NCBI GenBank assembly: GCA_964199315.1
Contig: OZ116701.1
Location: forward strand, 9,238,001 to 9,302,000
Source: Orbicella franksi
Lineage: Eukaryota
Direction: 5' to 3'
DNA length: 64,000 nucleotides
The notes beneath the pieces were generated by a model that saw nothing but the letters and a program-made list of their open reading frames with translations, was not told where the DNA came from and did no database searches. Below are positions 12,809-24,600 of the stretch, in pieces; the stretch's first letter is position 1; each line of letters begins with the position of its first letter. The translations under genes and the position numbers were made by a program.

Positions 12809-13978
12809 TTCGCTTCATTTATCTTTGACACTTGTTCGCCAAGATGGCGAGGCCAGGTCACAAAGCTTAGTACCCAGTTGGTTGTCCTCGGCAAAAGACG
12901 GCGGACTTACGGATTATGGAAGAGACCTGGGTTTTAGCCCTGAAGGTAGGCTTACACCCGACTGGAGCAAAGTGCAAGTCGGAGAAATCCCATATAAAAA
13001 GTACGGGGGTGCTCATCGAAAATTTTGAAAGCGCATGATCTCCTGTCATATATAACTTTTTGGTTCAATACTCTAAAAGGTACCACAAAAGCTCATACTG
13101 TGGTCCTTTTGAGGCTGAACACCCGATGAGCCCCAGAGGGGGGGGGGGGTACCCCCAGAAAAATTGGATGGGGGTGTGAGGCCCACTTTCCAAAACCCTT
13201 ACCCTCTTTATGATCAGACCAAAAATTTGATACCCTACTTATGGCCATTGCGGCTGGCACAGTTGCCCTCAACATAATTTATGAAAGGCTTTTGTTGATG
13301 GTCTTGTTGATTATGTTGAAAAAGTAGCCTCTGAAAAATACTTCACTTAAGACCAGAGTGCAAAAACCATACTGGCCATACCCTATTTGTGACCAAAATG
13401 GCTAACCACCATACCCTTTGGGACCACTACATAGCCCATATAAGGGAGTACCACCCCCCTCCCCCCACAGGCATATGAGGTACCAAAACCACGTTTTTAA
13501 CCCCCAAAAGGTATGACGAGAACCCTGGTCCTTTCTATATGGGAGTCTCCCCCCTTCACCCTGAGGCCACTGTCACAGTGATTTGAGCAGACTGAGACAA
13601 GTGAAATCATCCACACTTTGCCTGATAAATACTTTTTAAGTAGAATTGTGGATGATTTCACTTGCCCCATGGTCAGTCTGTGGTATTTTATGCTTTCAGT
13701 GCTTTGGGTACCGCTACTGATTTGGGTACAGGGGTAACCCAAATCACTATGACACTGGGTAAGCGTGTAGACTGGAAGAAAGCTGGGTCTGGATGAGGTT
13801 AGCTATTGATCAAATAGAGACATTAACACATCCCTCTTATGACATTTAATGATTTGATGTGTCCCCAGGTGTGAGAATTTGACATTGGTGGTTGATACAA
13901 GGGTGGGCCATTTCAAAACATATGGCATGGGTAGGGGAAAATCTGGAACTGCTTGTCTCTTTGCACAAAATTATGCAA

Positions 13979-13981
13979 AGA

Positions 13982-14032
<51 letters not shown>
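13979..14032. repeat. (ATAA)n microsatellite
   Basis: About 13 perfect tetranucleotide units. Confidence 0.95.
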
Positions 14033-14034
<2 letters not shown>

Positions 14035-14398
14035 GGGTTTCACATTATTGTCATAATTATCAAATTCTGGTTTATGTTTGTCCTGCAATTAACACACAGT
14101 CTACTCAAGATAGTGGAAGGGAAGGATTAAAGTAGATGAAAAGCGATATTGATAAACAGTGTAGAAAGATTAATTTTAGCAGGAAGGGGGTGGGGAAAGA
14201 CTTCTACTATAATTATTATGAAGCACTGTCCATGTTTTGACATTTAATTCAAAAGTCAGAGAGAGCTGAAAGTGGATCTAAAATATAATTACACAGAAAC
14301 AGCTGAACATTCAGAGCATTCAATGTTTTTAATCTCTCTGTATGATAAAATTCAGTTTTCTATATATGTACAGGGTTTTTATTTTGTATCAATAAGGT

Positions 14399-17300
14399 TC
14401 AGCTACATATTAGTAGGTATCCAAGAACAAAGAGTGCAAGGATTGCCACCGACATGACCATGGATTTTCTGTTTTCTTTATGTAGAGTTCCTAAGAATTT
14501 CTCTGTAGAGAGAAACATGAAGAAAATGAAATAACTCAAAATCTCAATTACAAGGTCCAGAATGCAAAAAAAATTTCACATGTAGTGACCCGCAATAATT
14601 GTTACATAATTAAGTACCTTGCCAGAAAAGTAAGACTATCCCCCTTTTTTGGTAGTATTGCAAAAAATGTTGTTGTTTGTAGCACCTCCTTTGCAACTTG
14701 CAACCAAATTTGTTAAAATAAGCCAACTACACTTCCTTTGTCTGTAAGAGAATTCAGAAATACAATGGGGTTTTGCTTATTGGTGGCCAAGTAGTTTTTA
14801 ATAATATACATGCTACATATTCTCACCATGTTCTTTGATCTCTTCTTTTAATTGCTTTTGTTTGTTCACTAATTCATCCCTGCAGTAGATAAAAAATATA
14901 CAAGAGAATGCTATCACTTTACGGAATGCAATTTTGTCTTAATGAGTACCGCTAAACACAAATCTCAGATAATTTTTTTTTTCCGGTAAATAACAATTGC
15001 TAAGATTACCTTTCACCATCTGACATTTTCTTTAAACGAGGACTTCTGTCAATCATGTCCAGTTCATTTTCACACCCTCTTATGTTATTTTCAACATCCT
15101 CGATCTAGCAAAAAAACATCTAACAGAAATTACTCAGTTGTCATTTCTGACATCGGCACACAGTTTGTGTGGATCATCTGTACTAAAGGCATCCATGGTC
15201 GAGTGTCGATCGATACCCTTGATCGATACCCACAATCAACCCTTGATTGACACTTGATTGATACTCGATTGACACTCCATCGACACCCCGGTTGACACTC
15301 CATTGACATCTTGGCCGACAATTGACTAATTTTCAATTGATGTATATGTTTTGGTTGACACTCGGCTGACTATCAAGCGACTGTTGATCAAGTGTCGATC
15401 AAGTGTTGATCAAGTGTCAACCGAGTATCGACTGGGATGTCCATCAAGTACTGATTGAGATGTTGTTCGAGGGTATTGATCAAGAGTATCAGTCGACACT
15501 CAACCAGGAATGCCTTTAGAACATGTGATTCCTGTGTGTTTTGAAAAACAAAACCAGCACCACCAGGCCTGTAATTAAATTTTTCAATGCATTGATGATG
15601 TAATTCTATGAGAGTAGGACACTTAACCAAAACTGCTAACTGTAGAATTATTATAAAACACGAAACCTCTCATTTTTATCAATGACAACAGCAACAACAG
15701 CGGCATCCTTGTCACTCTTTTTAACATGTAACTGCAGTGAACACAGGCAATGGCCTCTTCAAATAAGCACAACTTTTGAACTCATTTGATTAGCGTTTCG
15801 AACAAGCATTGCATTGTTGTTCAGGGGTGCGACACTTATTTGGGGATGGGGCATCACAGATTGGTAAGTATTGTCTTGCAGTTTTATGCTTTTTTAAATA
15901 CGTTTCTATTGTATAATAGCACAATTGCAAAATGTTATCATCTCCAACATCTGAATAGACCTTAATTGCGGTTTTCGATGCTATCTTGATGGGTAGGCAA
16001 AGCGGTCAGAAATTACAGTGTTTGCGTGGGAATCTGATGGCAAATAACTTTTTTCCAAAATTGAATTTTACACAATTCTGTGGTTCCAGAAAATATCCAT
16101 ACCCCCACCCCCAACGGAGGGTCACGGAAATTCCAAGGGGTAGGGGTGTCTGACATAGGTAAATTTCCGAAGGGGAGAGTTTTCTTTCCAGTGGGTGTGA
16201 AATGCAATTGAATGAACACTATTGTACTTTCCCAATCAATTCAGGTAACCAAACCAACAGAAATGTTCCATCAGTCGAAATAAGCGTTCGATTCTTTGTC
16301 ATATATTTTCCATTTTTCTTCCGACGTTGTACGACAGATGGGAATCCTGAGCATCGTGTTTGTTGGAAGTGAAGTTGAACAAAATGCCGACGAAGAGGTG
16401 CAGCAATACATGAACAATGATGATATTTTACACTTTGAAGATTGTGCTGGATTTAGCTTAAACGCAGCTCAGATGCTTTTTCCAGCGTTAATCATGCTGT
16501 CAATTAAATGAGATTTGTTCTTTGGGCCGTTCTTTGTTTATTTCGTTTGATACTCGCACAAAATTATCCCCCATTTCGGACTTGCCGTAACTAGGTTATC
16601 AAATATTTTCATCGTTATCCATGTAGTTAATAATTTGCTAAATGAGCCAAGTCGATTCAAAGCCATTTGTCTTGAACTATATGTAGCCATGGACAGCGAG
16701 GAGTGTTGGAGCGGTAGCCGAGATTTCATTCGGTCATTTATAGAACGACTGAACAGTGCATGTTTCATGTATGAAATGTATGACAAATTAAAAAAAAAAG
16801 ACACAAAATGATTTTACTATCATTTGCAAACTACAGAGACAAAGTGTATGACTTAATTGATGTATTCCTTTGGTGAAATTAGAAACAATAAAGCACCATT
16901 TGAGAAACTGCTGTTTTGAAAAAAATGTTGCGTGACGACTTTACCACATGTGTAAAGTAATTCAATATGTTGTTTTGACCATGCATAAATTAAAACTTCG
17001 ACTGGGTTATTTGAAAGAGCTTTATGTATGTTTCGATATTCTTGACATTATGAAAACTTCTTTTAATGAAGAAAAAGTCAGCTGCTATGCCATTTGGGAG
17101 TGAAGCGCTTCTAAGTCAGTTGTTTATTAGTTCAAACACTGGTTCAAACATTTTAACATGACATGAAGGAATGTGCCGTGTCTGCAGTCTACAGTGAAAA
17201 AGTATGTCTTTGACTTCAATGTAACTATAAGCAACTGCGGCTAAATTTTATTACAATTAATAGGGAATTTCCGAGGGGTAGGGTGGGCCCAAGTAGAAAA

Positions 17301-18440
17301 ATCATGGAAATCCCAGGGGGTGGGGGGAGTACCGTGAAGCCCCCTGGAACGGAAAATCCTGAGGGGTGGGGGGTCATACTGGAAAAAAAACCCTCCGTGG
17401 GGGGTTATGGATATTTTCTGGATCTACACATTTTGAATCAAACCATTAAAATACAAGGTAAAAGATTGTATTCACTAAGTTTGAAGGATTTAGCCTGGCT
17501 AGAAGATGCTCAGCTATTTTTCTAATTTTCCACACATCTGTCTGCAATTTTTTTCCCGTGAACCGAGTCTAGACATCCGTCTACCCAGCCAAATTTTACA
17601 GACAAATTATCGAAAATTAGAAAAATTAACTGGGCATCTTCTAGCCAAGCCGCATCCTCCAAACTTGATGAATACAATCTTCTACATGTACCTAGCATTT
17701 TAATGTTACAATTCACAAATTATATGCCATCGGATTCCCATACAAATACTGTAATTTCTGACTGCTTTGCGTACCTGTCATAAGCATCGAAAACTGTGAT
17801 AAGTTCTGCTCATTTGGGCTTTGCAGTTTTCTTCAAGTGAACCATGACCATTTATTCTGCATTATGCCTCAGAAATAAAGCATAATGAAGCATATTTTAT
17901 CTTTTAGTTATTCATATCCTTCCACTTCATGCAGTGTTCATTAATGACAACAATTTTAAACAATTGGTTCAGGCTTAGCATGCACCTCGTGTGGGAATTT
18001 TTCAGTCAAGGCACATCCAAGGCCCCTAGTTTCTCCAGTGCTCTCCAATCTCTCAAAGTGCGTCCATAACCCGCAACAGGCACGGCTAAAAGCATGTTTT
18101 ATATGAATTGTAGTGATAATTAATAAAGCAACTTAACAGCTTTTATTTGCGATGATGAAATCAAATTATAATTTATGCTTCCTACAGCTGAAAAGATATT
18201 TCTCTGCTCTGTTGTCGTTTTCTTTGTCGATGCTTTTTGGGGCTAGCTAGAAAATAATATTTTTTCCCACTGAACGACCGACACTAAAGGTAATTTTGGA
18301 AATAATAAAGCATTTTCTTGCTTAGAACGGGCGAAAAAACTGGCTATTTTGTGAGAAGCACTGTTAAATGACGCAGTTAACATTAAACATTAGTTTCAAA
18401 ACAATTTGTTTAAACTTACCTGACTTACAATTGTAGCCAT
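14399..18440 (-). CDS. CCDC167: Coiled-coil domain-containing protein 167, 4 exons, 90 aa, with C-terminal TM helix
   Basis: Exons 18440-18420, 15104-15010, 14879-14827, 14502-14399; 273 nt in frame: MATIVSQIEDVENNIRGCENELDMIDRSPRLKKMSDGERDELVNKQKQLKEEIKEHEKFLGTLHKENRKSMVMSVAILALFVLGYLLICS. The ENRK-x-M-x-x-SVAI motif and layout match CCDC167. Confidence 0.88.
15171..15532. mobile_element. Palindromic MITE with internal short tandem repeats (CCDC167 intron 1)
   Basis: GGATCATCTGTACTAAAGGCAT ... ATGCCTTTAGAACATGTGATTCC termini; repeated gatcaagtgt(c/t) units. Confidence 0.7.
16075..16220. repeat. Short MITE family with (G)TTCCAGAAAATATCCATAC termini; copies at about 1315-1482, 9025-9172 and 17262-17433
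   Basis: Recurrent ggaaattccaa and ggtatggatattttctgga motifs. Confidence 0.6.
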
Positions 18441-18677
18441 CTTTCGCTGAAAAGAAAGAGAAAACGGAAAAGAAAGAAACAACAAGGCGACAAAAAAAAG
18501 TGAGTTAGGGCACTGGTAACTAAAGCTACTTCCACTGACCAAAAATTGTGGGCTCTTGAAGTAAGGACTCTCTAATGTCTTGATCCGTTCTTCAGTTCAC
18601 TTTCAGCAAATTTACGTGGATATTCCCGGACTGTCTCATTATATTTACAATCCGGAAGACATTCAGAGAATAGAGTG
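18441..18677. promoter_or_regulatory. Putative bidirectional promoter between CCDC167 and the CBM9-like gene
   Basis: The divergent start codons are only 237 bp apart. ETS-type CCGGAAG at 18652-18658. Confidence 0.6.
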
Positions 18678-21600
18678 ATGGAACAGTTGCCTTATTGGCT
18701 GCTTTTGCTTTCAACCTGGGTTCTCGTAGTGTTCTTCCAGTGCGCCAACTGTTACCCATCAGAATGTGTTCTTCCTTTTCCGCGCAGTTATGTTGTGTAC
18801 CATTTGGACGAGCAGGAATCGATTGATGTTGATGGAAAGCTGGACGACAAAGCATGGACTCGTGTTTCTTGGACAGAGGATTTTATAGGTGACCTGACTT
18901 TATGTCTGGCCAAAAAACTCTCTTTGTTTCACCAGCCACTAGTTTTCTGGCTTCTCAGTAACAACAGTAGCTGTTGTTGCAGTTGAGTCTACGGTCAAAT
19001 TTTCTTTTGTTTAAAAGCGCATGCAAATGACCCTTTTGCCTCATTTGTATGTCAAACCGCAGACAACTGTAATAACGGCTATACATTACCAACAATCTTC
19101 ACTATAGAGCGGTTTTCATTTGAGTGTCGAAAAGTATTTGGTATTGCACTTACTACGCCACCCGATTGGTTTAAAACACTCGCGCCACTTTTTCATCCAG
19201 TCAGGAGTAAAACTAAACCAATCGAGATTCACTTGCATGCATTTTCCCGTGCTTTGTGTCAGCTACATGTAATTGCTTGGAGTTTTGATTGGTTCACTGG
19301 ATTATCTGTGTCCTTTGTGATTGGCTAGAGTGATTACTTTGGTTTTGGTTTTACAACACTCAGTTGAAAACCCCTCTGGCATGACTACATCTCTGAAGCT
19401 AAGGTGAGGCAGGAATTGGGGAGGTGTGAAGAATTTTTTGGATGTGAGGTTGCTGATGTTTGCCAGGGTTGAGTAGTGCAGAGGAAGTTGGTCCGCCTCA
19501 GATTAACCAGTGGTTAATTACCCAGCAGCATTTCTAGAATACAGTCTCAGAGTCTCCTGTCAGTGATAAACCTTACATGCATGTACTGTCGTGGAATACT
19601 TGCCCCAAAATATTACTCAGTTTAAAAAGTATATGCTACAGGCCACAGAATAGGTTAGTTTTAGGGAGGGCTATACTGTAGTATATTTAAAAGGTTACGC
19701 ATTAGTCTTTAGCGAGTATTTTGTTAAGGTTAAGGCTAGTCTATAGATGTAGTCTGCAGTTTGCAGCCTGTATTTTTTATTGACTTCCCGAGCTACCTCT
19801 GGAAGGGGCTATACTTGAATAGGATGCTGTGGTTAAATTGGTAATTTGACGATTTAATTCTGTCAATGAGGAAATTTTTTTCAATATTCTGCACAAACAG
19901 AAAATTCATGGTTGTGACTGCCACTGGCAATGCATTTTACGTACTTTAAGAGCAATATTTTAATATTTAATATTTTAAATTTTCTTCCATTCACAAACTA
20001 GATATTCAGGGATCAGACTGGAAAAAGCCCCGCTTTAGAACTCATGCTAAAATGCGATGGGATGACAAATACTTGTATGTTGGAGCCTTTCTTCAGGAGA
20101 CGGATGTGTGGGCAAACCAAACAAAGCACGACTCAGTGGGTAAATGTCAGTCATACCATATCCTTTATGTCAGAAACTAGCCTATGTTTCAGATGGAAAT
20201 TTAACCCTGTTAAAACGGATGGTACATACATGTAGTGTCTGCAACACAAGCTTGTCACAAACATGTGCATGACTTTTGGTGAAACTGGAAGCCACTCAAA
20301 CAGTAGCCTGAAGCGATTATTTCACCTAAAAACACACTGATAACCATCAGGGGTGGATCTAGGGAGCATGTAGGGGATACAACCGCCCTGAAATGAAGCC
20401 TTATTCTTCGTGTTCGCTTTTAAAATTTGTTAAACTCGCCAGACAGTTACGTCATTCCTTAGTGGTGTACTTCATTCTAAGAAAAATCCTGGATCCACCC
20501 CTGACCATGGATAGCTTCAGCAAGGAGCAGGAAAAAGGGAGGACATAACCCAGGACCTGTCAGTGGAGTCACTCCACTGATAAACCTTAATGCTGTCTCT
20601 TATATCCTCCTATTTAGTGTCCAACAACCAGAGCTTACCCCAGTTTCTGTGACATGATGGAAAGGGGATGATTTGGACTTGAATTAGACCTCAACAGCTG
20701 GGAATTATTAGGATTTAGTTTTGCACTCCTTCTGTCTAGAAGTATAGAGTCAAACTGAAAGAAACAAATTACAATTACTTTGAGGCTCTGTGCTGTAATT
20801 GTTGTAACTGACCTTGAACTAATACAAACTGAAAATATGTCATAATTCTACGTACAATTCTTGTAATCCTTTCCTGTCCGTAAACCTTGCGTTTAAGTTA
20901 TCATAATGATGCATTCTCTGTATGGCTTAGTGTCTCTTAATGAAATAACATTCCCTCTGCGAGATTCGAACCGTGTGATCCCTTTTATAGAGGTATGTGT
21001 CCCTAGGGACCTTACATAATCCTGCAAGGACTTCGTGTTCGTGCAAAACAGGGGAGGCAGTATCTTTACTCCCTCTGCATCTCATCTTCCGTGGCAAAAA
21101 ATAAAGATGGCGGCAACTACATTTACCGATAATTCATAGAGCACAAAAACCTGCAGAAAAGTCCTAAAAACTTTAAACCTAGCACATACAATGTTGTCAA
21201 TTAAGGGAAAAATTTTATTTATACAAATGAGTACAATATGCTGTTATGTATCTTCATTTTGTAAATAGTTTTGTCCTGATCACCTGCACATTTCTTTCAT
21301 TTCCAGTGTTTCTAGATAATGATTTTGAGGTAAGCTGATTTGTGGAATTGCAGTAAAGAAAGAAGCAATAGGTTTGCTTTTCATTCCTGCAGATATTTCC
21401 CTGGCCCTCCCTAAGAAAATAACATTAAAGTATGTTAATAAAATTTCCAAAGTCAGTGAAATAAATGGTGAATAGGGCCTATTTTAAGTAGTAATGTCAC
21501 CAGCACGAGTTTCTACATCTCCTTATTTTTCATCTCCCAGTATTTTTTTCCAGTTGGGCCAAAAATTTGCCAGGATGCTCCTTTCTGTGCATTCATGAAA

Positions 21601-24600
21601 TGCGATGCACAGGTCTGGGTTCTTTTGCTATAACCAGGGCATACATGTAGGTCATGACCTAGTGGTACATATTTTGATGAGTTCTCCTCTACAGCCTATA
21701 TTACATGTATGTCGTCAAGTTTATCACCTGCATAATGTGTATATAATGTGAATATTATGCCCAGATCTAGAAAAAAATCCAAAATTTGCACATACATTCA
21801 TGTACATGTACTAGTTAATGCCATGCTTTTGAGTGTTGTACCATGGAGTATCCCACCAATCACATGTATTTTCTGAGTATACACACGAGTCTTTAGGTGA
21901 ATGTGTACATGTATACCAAAAAAATACAAGTGACAAGTGGAATATTCCGTGTTATCATATGGCTAGCTCTGTGAGCGGGCAAGATGAATCAAATCCTGCG
22001 CTGTGATTGGCTACCCGAGCAGACAAGATGGAGCTATCTTGCCCACTCGGGACTACCTGCTGTGTCCCGCAAGAAAAATATCCCCAAAAGCCATATAATA
22101 AATCCTTTATTGACCAAGCTTGTTTGGCCAAGATGGCTGGATATTGGCCTCATTGTTTTTTGCGTATTTATGGACCTCGACTCCGTCTTGGTCCATAAAC
22201 ATGCAAAAAAAAAAAACTTGGCCAATATCCAGCCATCTTGACCTCACCCTTGGTCAATAACCCATACGTATACCACAAAAGAGCTCTGCATTTCTGTTTT
22301 ATACCATTCCATAGAAAATACAATGGCCAACACAATCGGTGGGACATGTGTGCAGTGCACCATGAGAGGGTCGGGCGTAATACTATCAAATGCACAACTT
22401 ACAGCTTTCCTGTATTCTGATTGGCTGTATTTTTTATGGCATGGTATAATGTGATGTGTACATGTACATTGAAAGCCCAATATTTCTAGAACCTGCAAGG
22501 GAAACAATTTAATATTGTTTTGTAATAGCTGGCTTGAGTTTGAGATGAAATTAAACTTGCAATGAAATAATACCTCCCACAAACATGGAGGTTGGAGTAA
22601 TTGAGGGTTTAAGAAATCAGGATTCCAATCAACAGTTAGTAATAATAATTATTGTCCTTCTTGTTCTTTAATCACTTGGCAGGTATTTATGGATCCAGAT
22701 AGAGATACCCACTGGTGAGATGAGTAATCAATATTTATTAATGAAATAATTTGATAATCATTATTAAGAGTGGTTTTCAACTAAGTGTCGTAAGACCAAA
22801 ACTAATTACCAGTTACTCACCAATAAGACTACTCACCCAATCTCAAACCATAGTAAAACCAGAACCAATGAAAATAATTGCCGGATTACTTTCAACACTC
22901 AATTGAAAACTGTTCTGATGTAAATAATGAATTAAAGTAATATTAGTCATTGATCTTGGTATAAGACATAAATAAACGAATTGCCTTCCTGTTTAACAGT
23001 GAAAAAAATTAATAAGGGGATTTGATTTTACCCACTCAGGTACAAGGAATTTGAAATAAATGCCATTAACACAACCTGGGATCTTGAACTAAACAAGGTG
23101 AGTGAGTTAACTCTTCACAGCATTTTGAAAAAGATATGAGAAATGCTAAGTACAGTACTAAATAAATGTCATCGATAAACCTTTTGCATTCCACTTGGAT
23201 TTTGTCATCTTTTTATGCCAATAAGTGCTTGTGCCATCCCAGAATCGGTGCCACACATTTCAACGAAATAAAGTTATTATAAAAATAAAATTATCAAAAA
23301 AATATAATTATTATCATTATAATGTGCTGTCTTTAAATAAGTGCCAAACCCCTTTGAAATGACAAGGCAATGTTCACACTCTTTGAAACACTTAATCTAA
23401 GCACATCTAAGTTCGGGTGCTTATTTTATGAGACTTACACCCCCTATGCAGCTACATAAAAATAATGTGAACAAAAGATAAGTGGTACACTACAAACTGT
23501 GGCTTAAGTTGTTGCTATCTTTTTGTTTTCAAAAAAAGAGGAGTTTTATGTTTTATTCAGTCAAGTTGGCCATCCTTGAAAGTCTCACATTAAACTGTTG
23601 AGAAATTTAATAAATGTGCCATTGGGTGTTTGAGTAAACGCTGAGCAAACAGTGTTTTTATTAGGGAGACTGAGTACATGTAGGAACCTAAAATTCTGTA
23701 AAAATTCTGTAAAATGCATACAAGGTTTCTCTTTCCTGCAGCCATATCTGAATGGTGGTACACCAAATAGCAGCTGGGAGATGCCAAGCATGAAGAGTGC
23801 AATTTACGTGTCGGGACCAATCAATAACCCATCTGTTCCAGGTGACTGATCATGAACTATTCAATTTGAGTTCATGAGTACTGTTAGTAAAAGTTCTGTT
23901 AAACCCTTGTAGTTTTTTTTTCTCTTAAAAGGGTGTCAAAGAGGAAAGGTGGGGGAGTAAGAAAAATGAGGGGGGAAGCTTCTCATGGAGGTGCTGACAA
24001 ATTCAGCAAGTACATTAAATACAAGTCTATGTATGAGGCTTTTTACTGGTCATTTTGGTTCAAAAAATTAATGTTACACAAATTAGTAGATTATAATTAT
24101 TTAAAACCTAAATGTGGGGATGGATCACTTCAAAAACGTTATTAGGTACTGATAAATTTTATTAGCCATCCATCTTGAAAATGTGTTGTTGAGACTTGGG
24201 TCACCTGGTGCAGGGAGCTTGAGGTGGTTGCTGGGCCCTTGGATGGTAAATGAAACAAGGCTAAAAAAATGTAAATTTGAGCTTGCCCTTTGGACAAGCA
24301 GCTCTGAATTTTTTCTTGCCCTGTGCCAAGTATTGAAATGAATGTACTTTTTATTTGACATATTATTTGGCAGGTGACTTACTAGCCCAGCAGGAAAATT
24401 TCCCTGACTGGACGGCACTTTTTTTTGAAATAATTTATATAGTGTATTGTACATGTAGTATTTGACAGTGAAGATATCACAACAGACAACGCTATTGGAC
24501 GCTAGTGTCTCTAGCATTTTCAGTCAGTCAATTTATCATCTTACACCCACCCTACTCATAAAATTCATTGTTGCACATGTCAAGGTTTTTATGAATTTCA

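Noticed and set aside
16296-16804. Opposing short ORFs in CCDC167 intron 1, and a stop-containing exon-like segment at about 17775-17850
   Set aside because: No recognisable domain, stops in all candidate spliced frames, and CCDC167 is complete without them. The in-frame TGA has no supporting SECIS or homology.
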